A program made the position numbers and the translations under genes. A DNA stretch of 64,000 nt, taken from assembly GCA_028534125.1 (NCBI GenBank), contig CM052824.1, positions 60,016,001 to 60,080,000 of the forward strand, in the 5' to 3' direction. Origin of the DNA: Lama glama. Lineage: Eukaryota. The stretch's first letter is position 1. Each line of letters opens with the position of its first letter. Shown here piece after piece: positions 50,082 through 60,532 of the stretch. The notes below the pieces were generated by a model. The model made no database searches. It had not been told where the DNA came from and saw only the letters and a list, made by a program, of their open reading frames with translations.

Positions 50082-52489
50082 AAGAAAGATTCTGTTGCCA
50101 CCTGTCGCCACACCTGTAGGAAACTGTCTCTCTGGGTTCCTGGGGTGGGGCTGGGGGGGAACTCCAAGAGAAAGCCCTTTCCTGGGGCTTCCTTCCGGGA
50201 ATGGAGACCTCCCGGGCCCTCCCTTCCACTGCTAGCTAGCATGCAGACTCCTGGCGCCCCCAGGAATTCTAATCGGCGGGCAAGGTGGGGTCTGGGATCT
50301 GCGTTGTGAAGGTGACGCGCACTCAGCACAGTCACGTGAGCACTGCGGCTCCCTGGGACCAGCCCCGAGGCGAGCCGGCGGCAAGGAGTCCCGTTTAGAT
50401 TTGGCAGCGGGTGGGCTGGGGCTGGGTGGGTGGGTCCTGGACTTTGCGCCTCACAGGTTGACCCCCCGGGACAGGTACCCACGTGGTTCCTGCCTGAACA
50501 CATGTCACCCCCGACCAGGCCTCAGGCGCTGCGGGACCGTCTCAGAATCCTGACTTTGGCGAGGCTGACGGCCGTCTCTGGGGTCCGGAGAATCCTATGT
50601 CCTGAACAGAACAGCAGAGCCACCCCCGGGGTGAGCGCTGGGGCCGGGCCCTGTCGCCGCCCAGTGGGCCGGGGCTCGGGGTCTATTCACAGACAGAATG
50701 AGGACCACGGAGCAGGAAGAGCCTGGCACGGCCAGTGTGCGCACACAGCAGGCGCCTACTGAATGCCCAGACCTCCCTCTCGTCCGCACTCTTGGGCCGC
50801 AGAGCAGTGGCCTCGCCTCTCCTGCCCAGCCCAGGGACCCAGGCGCCGCTCTTACAGCCCCTCAGCCCGTGACCCCATCTTCCTTAGGGAAGAAAGAGTC
50901 AAAGAGGGGTTGGGGAGCGGCCTCCGGGGGAGGCCAAGCTGACACCCCAGGAGAAGCCGCCCTGCCCCCGCCCCTCGCGCGCACTTCCTCCTGACCACGG
51001 AGGCTGCTCCCACCGCTCCGGTTCACAGGCGCCCGGTGCCAGGGCGAGGGCGGGCCGGCTGCCACTCGTGCGTGTGTGCGTGTGCGTGTGTGTGTGAGAT
51101 GCAGACGGCAGAATGCCATTTAAGAAGCTGGTATTCATGGACGGCTCTTAAATATGAAAAGAAAACATTTATTCCCTTTTTTCGCTTGTGAATCAGAAGG
51201 CTCTATTTAAAGAAAGTCCCCTCGCCGGCCGGTGGCTGGGTTATTACCCCTTAAGGAAACGGAGCAGAGCGCCAAGGAGGCACTCTTAGTCATTCTCTCT
51301 CCTTTTCCCGAAAATTCCTTATATACCCGTGCCTCCGAGCTGGGCCTGACACAGTGCAGGATTTCATGGCATTCTTGGTCTAAAAACGTCTGGGCCTGAT
51401 GTCGCGGTGCTTGCGAGGGACGGCAGGGGCCTGCGCTGCCGCACGTCCCGGGGAAGTGAGGGCGCGAGGTTTCTGTGCCTCCAGCCCCCTGCGCCCGCGC
51501 GGCCCAGCCACCTCCCGCTCGGCTCTGCTCCCGCAGGACGGCTTCTCTCGCTGAAGCCAGACCCCCTTTTGACGCCTGGGAGGAGGCCCCCACACCCATC
51601 ACCGTCCAGCTGTTGATTTTACAGGTGTGAACACGCACGGAGCAGCAACTTACGATTCTGGACGCTTTCTGAATGTACGTTGTATCTCCTAAGCGCACTC
51701 AGAAAATCATTGTGGGGGGAAGAAGCCTGCAACGTGTCTAGGCCTAAAACAAAGCTCCAGAGAACACAGACGGAGGAGGGTCAGTGTCGGCTGGAGCTGG
51801 GCAGCCGGGCAGAGGGGGCAAAGCAGAGACAGACTCCGAGGCTCTGGGGCCCCTGGGGGTGGGGGGCTGCCGGCTGGCCGCAGTGTCCCGGTGCCGGGAG
51901 AGGGCGGGAGCGGCCAGCCCTGGGAGTGAGGCCCTCACGGCCGCAGGAGGCCCAGGCCCAGCCTGCACAGCGGGGACCGGCCCTGGCCCCCTGCCCGCCT
52001 CCCGGCCACTGCGCCTGTCCCGCTGCTGAAATTCCAAGAGTAAACACGGTAAGATGCTAAAAGGGAAATAAAACTGAGTAGGTGCCCCCTGCCCGGGCAC
52101 ACGCAGCACCGGCTTGGGGTGAGGACGCAGGGCGGAGGCCGAAGTGTGGTTCCCCAAGTGGGACGCGTGTGGGAGAGAGAGCATGGGCAAGTGTGTGCGC
52201 GTGGCACAGCGCACGGCCACCTGCACACGGGCCGCCGGGGTGGCCCTGGGACATGCCGACCCCTAGTGTAGTATGCCTGCTGAGTCACTGAAAGTCCCCA
52301 GGGACCCATCCCAAAGTGTCCCTCTGCACCTTGGGGCCCCGCGGGGGAGTGGGCGTGCTGGGAGGGGGTGGGGGTCTTTGGCCACCTCTGCTCCGCCCGC
52401 CGTCCCCGCTGGGCTCCTCCTGCCAGGGTCCTGGGCACAGAAGCTGAGGCTGGAAGGAGTCTCCCCTCTCTCCGTCCGGATTGGCTGTT

Positions 52490-52700
52490 CTGACCCCACC
52501 GCACATTCTAATTCCCTGGGTGTTTTCACAAACCTGATGCCCAGGGAGGTTTCCTGGGATTTGGGGTTCAGAACCAGGACAGTCCTGGGCAAACAGACAT
52601 GGCTGGCCCTTCCATCTGGCCAAAGCCTGGCATCCCCAGGGCGGGGTCTGGGCACCTGTATTTCTGATGCTCCAGCTGATTCCAATGGGTGTGACCCTCA
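52490..52700. mobile_element. MER5-like hAT remnant interrupted by a MER94-like fragment (~52540-52612)
   Basis: MER5-like flanks (tgatgcccagg; gggcggggtctgggcacctgtatttctgatgctccagctgattccaatg) surround aaccaggacagtcctgggcaaacagac, which resembles MER94/MER81. Confidence 0.55.
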
Positions 52701-54379
52701 CACCTGGACCTCTGCTCGCAGAGGGAAACCCGGGAAGTCTGAAGGACAGTCCTGACCTTCCGGTACCAGCTGTCACATTTTTCTCTGCAAATGCAGGGAC
52801 ACTCTCAGGGGTCAGGGGCTCACCTTCCCTCCAGGCTGGGTGAACTCGCTTCTTGGGGTCGCCTGGAGCACCGGCAGGGCCTGCTGAGCCCAGCTGGCCT
52901 CCCCCATGTCCTGGGGCCGTGGGTCCATCCCCAGGGCTGGCTGGGGCTGACAGTGCCCAGGATCCCGTGGCCACTGACAGCTGGGGGGCGCAGAGGAGGC
53001 TCCTGCCGGCTGAACACAATCTCTTTCTTCTGCAGGGGCTGCCAGCAAATGAAGTGCCCGTGGGCCCAGACCAGCTGCTGGCCACTATCAGTGTTCCTCC
53101 CGGGGCATGAGCACTTCCTTCCTGAATCCCAGGGCGCTGCCCAGCCGGCTGTGGTGGTGCTGGTGGCCTTGTCCTCTGTGGTCATTGCAGGGGGCAGGAT
53201 GCTGGGAAGCCCATGCCTCCGGGGCCACCAGATGCATTCAGGATCCTTATGGTGACAAGGCATGCACGTGTGTCTGTCTCCAGGTTGACAGGGTTTCTCG
53301 TTTGGTCATCACGCCGCAGGGACCGGAGAGCTGAAGCGTGTTCCCAAGAGCCTCGGAATGCTGTCCCGGAGGCAGATGGGTGCTCGGTTGTAACAGGAGT
53401 CACCTGTGCCTGAGCTCAGACCTGGACGGCCTCGGAGGCCGGGAGCCCTGGGGGTGTCTGGGAACCAGCTCACACAGCCACACGGCACGTCTGCATTAAC
53501 ACCTGGGCGTATGGTAAATTCACAGGAAAGAGGACGGGGTCCTTGAGGCCAGAGTGTGAGCGGGTGAACGCAGGAGGCAGGGGACGGAGGCCAGCGCCCC
53601 ATGGAGACCCAGATCCGAGGTGGGGGTGGAGGCCCAGACGGTGGTGTGAATCCCGGCCAGGCTGCGGAGGATGCCCGGCGCAGAAGCCAGCCCCACCCCG
53701 GGAGCCCCTGAGCGGATCTGCCCCACCCCACGTTGCACTGACCGTGGCCTCAGCCCTCGACCCGGGAGCGCCTCCGGGGCCCTCGGAGAAGCCAGCTCTG
53801 GGCTCTGCGTGTTTGTGCGTGTGCCACCGAGCCTTTGGAAGCCGCGCCCCACGACATTCGCTCCTGGAGACATCAGAGGCCGAGCTCCCAGGGTGTTGGC
53901 ACCCTGTGTCCCCGGGAACCAGACACTCCACTGGGCATCATTGTCCTCCCACCACTTTGGACCAAAAACAGGCCTCCAAGCTCCTCCTCCTTTTAAGGCT
54001 AAATGGCTCCCACCTTGGGAAACAGAGCATCACTGCTCTAAAATTACCCGTGGGGGGCCGCGCGCACACGCGGCCTGACTCCTCTCACCCCCAGGCCCTT
54101 CTTCGAGGCCGGGTCTCCTGGATAATCAGTCTTAAAATTACAGAGACGTCAGAATCTGAGCGTGCAGGGCTGGGCAGCAGCTTTTGCCTGGAACACCCCC
54201 AAGTCCGTGTCTCTGGGTCCACAGGGCGGCCAGTGGGGCCCAGCCCTCGCTAAAGCTGTCCTGGGGACCCCGGAGGAGCCAGCCTGGGGGCTGTGTGACT
54301 GTAGCGCTGGACCGCTGGCCACCTGAGGCCTTGGGGCCGTTTCCCCCGTGACCTCGGAGCTTCCCACAGGCCCTGGCCT

Positions 54380-54920
54380 GTTTGTTGATTGAGCAAACGA
54401 ACATGTATGTCAATATTCAGAAACGAAAGCCAAGGGGATGAGGTAATCCACTCGAGTAAATTCTTCAGATAATTGAAAACCCATCAATTCACATTAACGT
54501 TTTCCACCAGCGTCTCAAGCAGAGGCAGATGCATTTTTTTCAACAGATGATGCTTAAGTGCCAGTTCCAGGCTAGGCGACGCTCTCGGCACCAGAGAGGC
54601 TGACTTTCTGGGGGAGACAGGCGCCCAACCAAGAAACAGGCAGCACACGGGCACGTCCATGCAAAAATCGCTCCTGCCGCCTCCCGCGGGGGCCTCCTGC
54701 GGGGCGTGCCCCAGGCTGGGCGCACCGCTGTGGAACCTGCCCTGGGGACAGGTGGCTCCTCCGAGGAGCCAGCTCCACAGCCCGTCCCCCTCGAGGCTGT
54801 CTCTTAATTAGCCAAATAAACAGCACCACGAGAGATGTCATGATTTACTCAGCAAATGATCAAAATCATTGTTCTTCAGACCCCAGGGCAATAAAACGCA
54901 ATTATGGGGAGATTCATTCT
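54380..54920. promoter_or_regulatory. AT-rich island(s), candidate enhancer with MEIS/PBX-HOX/FOX motifs
   Basis: TAATTA, AAATAAACA, TGTCA-TGATTTAC (54836-54848) and CAATAAAA. Confidence 0.45.
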
Positions 54921-56379
54921 GGGCAGGGTGAGCGGTGGCTGTGTCAGCGGGCAGCGGGGTCTGGGTGGAGGGGGCGGGAGCTGGAGGGTGGTCCCTGGCA
55001 GGCGGACAGACCACCGCCCTCCGAGAGGAAGCCCAGGGGCCGTCTCCTCGCACCTCAAGCTCCATCTGTCCCCAAGGAGACAGCCGGCAGGCCCAGGTTT
55101 GGGGGGACACACCTGACACAGGTGTGCTTTCCTCCATAACGACAGGGAGGCACTTCCTGGCGTGTCCCGAAGCACCAGGAGGGGGCGGTTAGAGTCACTG
55201 AACGTTCCCGACGCGCACGCGGGGAGGGGAGCGGCGGGTGACAGTGGGAGGAGGACCTCCCCATTTTGCTGAAGTGAAATTCCTACATGAGAGAGAGATG
55301 CTACTGCCCCCTTGGCCCTGAGGGTCGTAGGTCACCCAGCAGGGGACAGACGTGATTTTGCCAGAGTTGTGGAGTCACCAGAAACCGCGTGCAGGCCAGG
55401 CACTCTGCCCACCACAAACTGAGAAGAGCAGGTGGGGCCCTTCAGTGTTAATTTGCCGGAATGTTCCGGCACAGGATTTCCAAGCAGAAAGCTGCGCCCT
55501 TGGCGTCTCAGAATGCAGGGGGAATGATTGGTTTGCTTTGATTTTGAGCCCATCCCCAGAGGGGCGCCCGTCCTGTGTCTGCGAGGGGCTCTCCCCGGGT
55601 CCCCCTCTCCTGCTTGACTCGCAGACCAGACCCCACGGGGGCAACCACGCTCCTGAGCCCGGCCGGCCACGGAGCCACTCCGCCACCCCCCCACCCTCGG
55701 GGGGTCCAAACCGTGCGGGACCCTTCTCGGAGTCTGTGTGTCGTCTGTGCTAGAATGTCACTCCCTGTTCTTCTCCAGTAAGTGAGCGCGTGTGAACTGT
55801 AGTAAGATCACAGCACCCCGGCTTACAGAACGGAATCAGCAGCGTGAGCGTGAGCGGTCTCACACACAAAGGTCACAACCGCCGTGAGAGGACGCTCCTC
55901 CATGCACCCTCCCTGGGAGCCGACTCTGACGTCCCTGGGCGGCCCCGGTTCCCCCGCTGTGATCCTGGAGCCCTGACATTTCCCTTGTCCCAGGGCCTGC
56001 TTTGGGCCGAGCTGACCGCAGGCCTGGGGCAGCATCTCAGCCGGAGCACGAGGGACGCCTGGCGCGGTCAGGAAGCCCGGGAAGGCCCGGGTTCCGGAGC
56101 TGGAGTTTTCCCTCCTAACCTCGGGCCCTGTTTGCAGGCGAAGGCAGGGACCACAGCAGCTGCTTGGCAGGCACCGCAACAAAGCCAGACAGACGTTGTC
56201 TGTCTCAGGACGCGAGCAAGGCTGCTCAGCAGGGAAGATGTTTCCACCTGAGGCCCAGACCAATGTCCGGGAGCTAGAAAGAAACCACTTACACCTTATG
56301 ATTCATTTCCAGCAAAAGTGGGTTCACCCTGAACTTTCGGGGTGCCTGCTTCCTCCTCCCCCTCCTTCCTGCCCGATTC

Positions 56380-57200
56380 TGCGCTCGGTGCTCGACCACG
56401 AACAGCTGCCCCGACCGCGCTGGGCGACACGGGAGGCCGCGAGGCCCAGCGGTGGTCCCGGAGCGGGCGGGCGGCGCCCGAACTCGCCAAGAACACGGGG
56501 TCAGACAGACAAGGCCAGTGCGTCTGGAGCAGGCCGGGGGGACACGCGGGACGGAGGCAAACACCCCCGAGCGCCGGCAGAGAGGCGGCGGCCGGACCCG
56601 GGCGAGGAACAAAGCCACTGCAGGGGCGGGGGGCGCCGAGGAGGGGCGCGCTCCCGCACGTACACGGGCGAGAAGCAGTATCACAAAGCCAACAGGCGCC
56701 GGGCAGATAACAGCCACGGCCTGTACCAGGCCCGGCACCCAAGGCGGCGCTGATACGGCCGTTTCTGTGAAAATAGAGCAAACGGGCCGCAGCAGAGGAG
56801 ACCAGAGCCAGGCTGCCTCAAGGTCACCCACGGGGCTACCTGGGGGTCCTTGACCCGCCAACGTCTGAAGCCCCTCCTAGCTAAACAGTCCAGGCCTCCC
56901 TGAGTGCGCAGCACCAACACCCTTACTTTCCTCCGGGCCAGCCGGACCGGGAGCACGGGACAGGCCCCGTGCAGAAAGCGTCACACAGCCCGAACCTCCC
57001 CTGGCAGGGTGTCCGAAAACGCTCTCCTTCCCCGGGAGGGCGACCCTGTGGGTCTCGAGAGCGCGCGCCGTGCTCCGGGCGGCCCGCATCGCCCAACCCC
57101 CTCCCCGGCCCCTCCCCCACCTGGCCCGCCCAGTCTGCAGGGGACCCAACCTTGAGAGGCTCGCGCTGAGTCGGCTGCCCGGGGACGACAGACTCACACA
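56380..57200. promoter_or_regulatory. CpG-dense segment (CpG-island-like) in intron 2
   Basis: Visibly high CG dinucleotide density (cgggcgggcggcgcccg, gagcgcgcgccg); not computed. Confidence 0.4.
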
Positions 57201-58715
57201 GTCCAGCTTTCAAGCTGTGGCCTCCATCAATTTGAGTGGGGATATTGGCAGGCCTGTTCCTTTGTCCATCTGGTCAACCCACCCCCCCACCCCCTGCTCT
57301 AAACCTTCAGAGCCCTTTGGAGAGCTTGGGCTGTCAGCTGGCACCTGGGGAGGGGGTTCTGTGTCCCCTGTGTGCACACGCCATGTGTTACCATGAACCA
57401 CACCCCACCTGCCTGCTGGAGGGGACACACTTGTGTCCTTGTGCAGGGAGCAGGGCTCTCGGATCTGCCTCCACCACCACCAGCACGCGCACCGACCCAG
57501 CCAGCCTTCTTGAGATCCTTACAAGGGGTTTCAAAAGCAGATGGGCCCGGGGGAGACGCTCAGGGCTGCGGGGGGCCAGGAGCCTCCCGGGGGCAGGGAA
57601 GAGGCCATGCACTGTGCACCCCACGTCTCTAGGGAGCAGTGCAAAACCGCAGACTCTTGAGATGGCAAAGACAGACCCAAGTTCACCCCTCTCTGTACGC
57701 AGAGCGCAGAAGTACACCCAGTTTGAGAACTCCTCCAAAGCCACCAAGTTGGTTGCCCTGACCCTCGCTGCCCTAGTCCGCCTGTAGGGGGCACGGCTGC
57801 CGGCCGCACAGGGTCCTCTTCCCTCTGTGGACAGCTCGCCCCTTCCTGGAGCTGACCCCCATCCAAGCACTTTTGGAAGCTGTGAAACACCCAGAAGGAA
57901 TCTGGCTTTGTGTTTGCATTTTCCATCCAGGCAGCGTCCTGGCCAGAAATACCACCGAACACTGGCTACATGGGGAGGGCAGAAAGGCCAGGACCACTTG
58001 TGTGGGGCCCATGGTCCTCATGAGACCCCCTTGAAAGTCCCCCAAACTGGGGCCCAGTGACCCTCGTGGCCGGAGCAGGACGCCTCCAGAGGGAGGGCCA
58101 CCTTGGGGGAGGCCGGCTCCCACCCACCTAACTGACCGCCCCTCTCCTGACCACATGTGGGCCCCAGGATGCTTGAGCCAGGCCCAGATCGTCAGGGAAA
58201 CTGAAACCAAAAGACTCCCCTCTTCGCCCCCACTAATCTGAGAGGTGAGGGGTCCTGTGACGGAACTGGGGGACCTGGGGACGCTGGGTAGGAGGCCCTC
58301 GGCCTGGACGCGCACTGGGCACGTGGCAGCAGTGAGGCCACCGGGCATGCTTCACGAGCTGCCCCTGAGCGGCTGCTCCTGCCAGGAGCTGGGCTCCCAT
58401 CTGAGGAGCTCTCCCTGGATTCGAGACTCCTGTCCTGGGACAGCCCATCAGTCTTCAGGGTTCTGCCGAGACTGCAGCCCTAGCACCTAAGATCCAGACG
58501 GGAAGCACGGGGTGTTTTAAGACATGAGCTCATTAAAGACACATTTCCGGGAAGAGGGCGGGTGCAGCCCCGGGGGCTGCCAGGCGTCGCCAGGCCCCTG
58601 GTGTTCTCAGGGCCGCGTCCTGCAAGCTGCAGGACGAAGCGAGCCTGGGAAATGTGACATGCGAACGCTCTCTCCGACCAGCCTCCTGCCTCGGGTGGTG
58701 CTGCGTAGCCCGGAT

Positions 58716-58758
58716 TTATAAATAGATGGGACACAAGATAAGTGGCCGCGATCAATCA
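58716..58758. promoter_or_regulatory. Putative enhancer/promoter motif cluster (MEF2/TATA, GATA, NKX-like, PBX) next to the exon 2 donor
   Basis: TTATAAATAG at 58716-58725, AGATAA at 58736-58741 overlapping AAGTGG, and ATCAATCA at 58751-58758. Confidence 0.45.
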
Positions 58759-58779
58759 CGCGCCCGCAGCGGTGCTCAC

Positions 58780-59129
58780 CTCCCATCCGAAGTCTGCCTC
58801 CTTCAGCGTGGCCCGGGGCGCCACCACGTAAGGGCCGAACCGCTCCCCGACTTCCATCTTCTTCTTGGCCCAGACCCCCAGGCCGGCCCCCGGGATGGAG
58901 GACTCACGGAGCTCGAAGTCCGGTGGGATGGGGATGTCCTCGGGGATGTAGACGGGGGCCTCGTACGGCGAGCCTTCCTTGGGGGTGAAGTCCTCGCTGG
59001 TGGGGAAGGGGGACGGCGGCCCCATGGGGATGGGGGACATGACGCTGTCCTCCGTCTCGTCCTCCGCGCTCTCGCCGGCCAGCAGGTCAGGGTCCGGCCC
59101 ATACATGTTATTTACAAGGTCGCCGTCAC
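58780..59129 (-). CDS. PRDM16: PRDM16 coding exon 2 (350 nt; residues ~13-129, acidic/Pro-rich N-terminus and start of the PR/SET domain)
   Basis: Translates to (S)DGDLVNNMYGPDPDLLAGESAEDETEDSVMSPIPMGPPSPFPTSEDFTPKEGSPYEAPVYIPEDIPIPPDFELRESSIPGAGLGVWAKKKMEVGERFGPYVVAPRATLKEADFGWE, which matches the recalled PRDM16 sequence. Minus-strand acceptor ctttcccccAG|GTGAC and donor GAG|GTGAGC. Confidence 0.98.
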
Positions 59130-59354
59130 CTGGGGGAAAGAAGGCAGCGTCAGGCTCTGGGGCCTGGCTCCCCGGCACTCGAGGCTCGGGGACCACCGGG
59201 GACGTAGGTCAGAACAGAACCTGGGGCTCCAGAGACCCAGAGGCCACCCGGCTGCCACCTCTGCCCCGGGGACACGGCTTCTACTCCGTCTGGGCCCAGC
59301 AGCCCTCACTCCCTGCTCGGGGCTCCCCAGGGACGGTCCCAATCCCAGCAGGTG

Positions 59355-59559
59355 CCCCGGGAGCAACACAGAGAGCTCTCCCTGGGCCCCCGAGGCCGCA
59401 GGCCGCGGCCCGAGCACATGCTGACCCCAGGAGCAGCACAGTTCTCTCTGGGCCCCCGAGGCCGCAGGCCGCGGCCCGAGCACATGCTGACCCCAGGAGC
59501 AGCACAGCTCTCCCTGGGCCCCCGAGGCCGCAGGCCGCGGCCCGAGCACATGCTGACCC
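59355..59559. repeat. 66-bp minisatellite, 3 copies
   Basis: Unit gagcagcacagYtctcYctgggcccccgaggccgcaggccgcggcccgagcacatgctgaccccag starts at 59361 (with a 4-bp insertion), 59431 and 59497. Confidence 0.97.
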
Positions 59560-60029
59560 GTTCTGCGCTCATGCAGGGAGGGAAGGAGGTGCCCGCCTTC
59601 CACAGGGGAAGCATTCGTGCCAGAAGCCTTGCGGTTTGCATCTGCAGCCTTGGAAGTGAGAGGACGGGGACAAGTCCCAGGTTCCTGGGTGGACTGTGAA
59701 ATTTGCCCCAACACCAGGGCAGCTCGGGAAGGACGGCTGGGCCCCGGGGAGGGCTCCTGGAGTCCCCAGGGACCTCACGGCGGGTGAGGACAGGGGCCTG
59801 CTGGGGTCATGAGGATGAGACTCATGGGAGCAGGACACTGGACTGAGCAAAAGGGTCCCCAGCTTGTCTGTCTGGTGTGGGCCTCTCCTTGGGGCCCAGC
59901 CTAAGAGGCGGTCGATGCCAGGACCGTGCCTCCTAGGAGGGCCCCAGAGGGCGGCCTGAGGCACAGAAGGGGGCATAAAAGGTTGGCGGTGGGGGAGAGA
60001 GGGCAGGCAGGCCGGTTGGACGGTCAGGA

Positions 60030-60532
60030 AACGAGCTTGACTCCTCGGGGTCCCCCCGCAGAATTGAAAACAGGAACACGGGTGGGTGAACACAGCAGCA
60101 GCGTCACCCGCAGTGCCCCCACCGGGGGGAAACAGCCCAGGTGTCCATCCACGGAGGAGAGGGTCAACCAATGTGGTCCATCCACACCACGGAATGTCAT
60201 CCAGCTATTTTAAAAAAGGATCACTGACCCAGGCTGCACCGTGGACGGGCCTTCAACGCCACACTGAGTGAAGGGAGCCAAACACAAAAGGCACATGTGG
60301 TGTGATTCCGTTCATGGGAAACGTCCAGGACAGGCAAATCCACAGGGACCAAGATGAGACCGGTGGGGGCGGGGAAGGCCGACTGATGGGCGTGGGGCCT
60401 CCTTTGGGGGAACAGAATGTCCTGGAAACGGAGGTGGTGGCTGCACACCTTTGTGAGTGAGCCCCATGCCACTGAATTGCACACTTTCAAATGATTAATT
60501 TTACGTGATGTGAATTTCACCTCAATAAAAGT
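60030..60532 (+). mobile_element. Ancient LINE-1 3' end fragment (L1MB-like)
   Basis: Typical L1M 3' motifs: aaacagcccaggtgtccatc, atgtggtccatccacaccacggaat, ctgagtgaagggagccaaacacaaaagg, gccactgaattgcacactttcaaatgattaattttacgtgatgtgaatttcacctcaataaaa. Confidence 0.88.

Larger units (their letters stand above)
5966..58779 (-). other. PRDM16: PRDM16 intron 2 (52,814 nt, GT-AG)
   Basis: Bounded by the exon 2 donor GT (58778-58779) and the exon 3 acceptor AG (5966-5967). No other PRDM16-like coding segment was seen inside it. Confidence 0.92.

Noticed and set aside
58756-59196. 146-aa ORF as a standalone gene
   Set aside because: It is PRDM16 exon 2 read through its splice sites. Only 58780-59129 is exonic.
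58726-59659. Plus-strand ORFs (232 aa and 226 aa) over exon 2 and the VNTR
   Set aside because: Antisense shadows of a GC-rich exon and of an in-frame 66-bp repeat.
60520-60532. AATAAA as a gene 3' end
   Set aside because: It is the poly(A) signal of the L1 fragment and is antisense to PRDM16.
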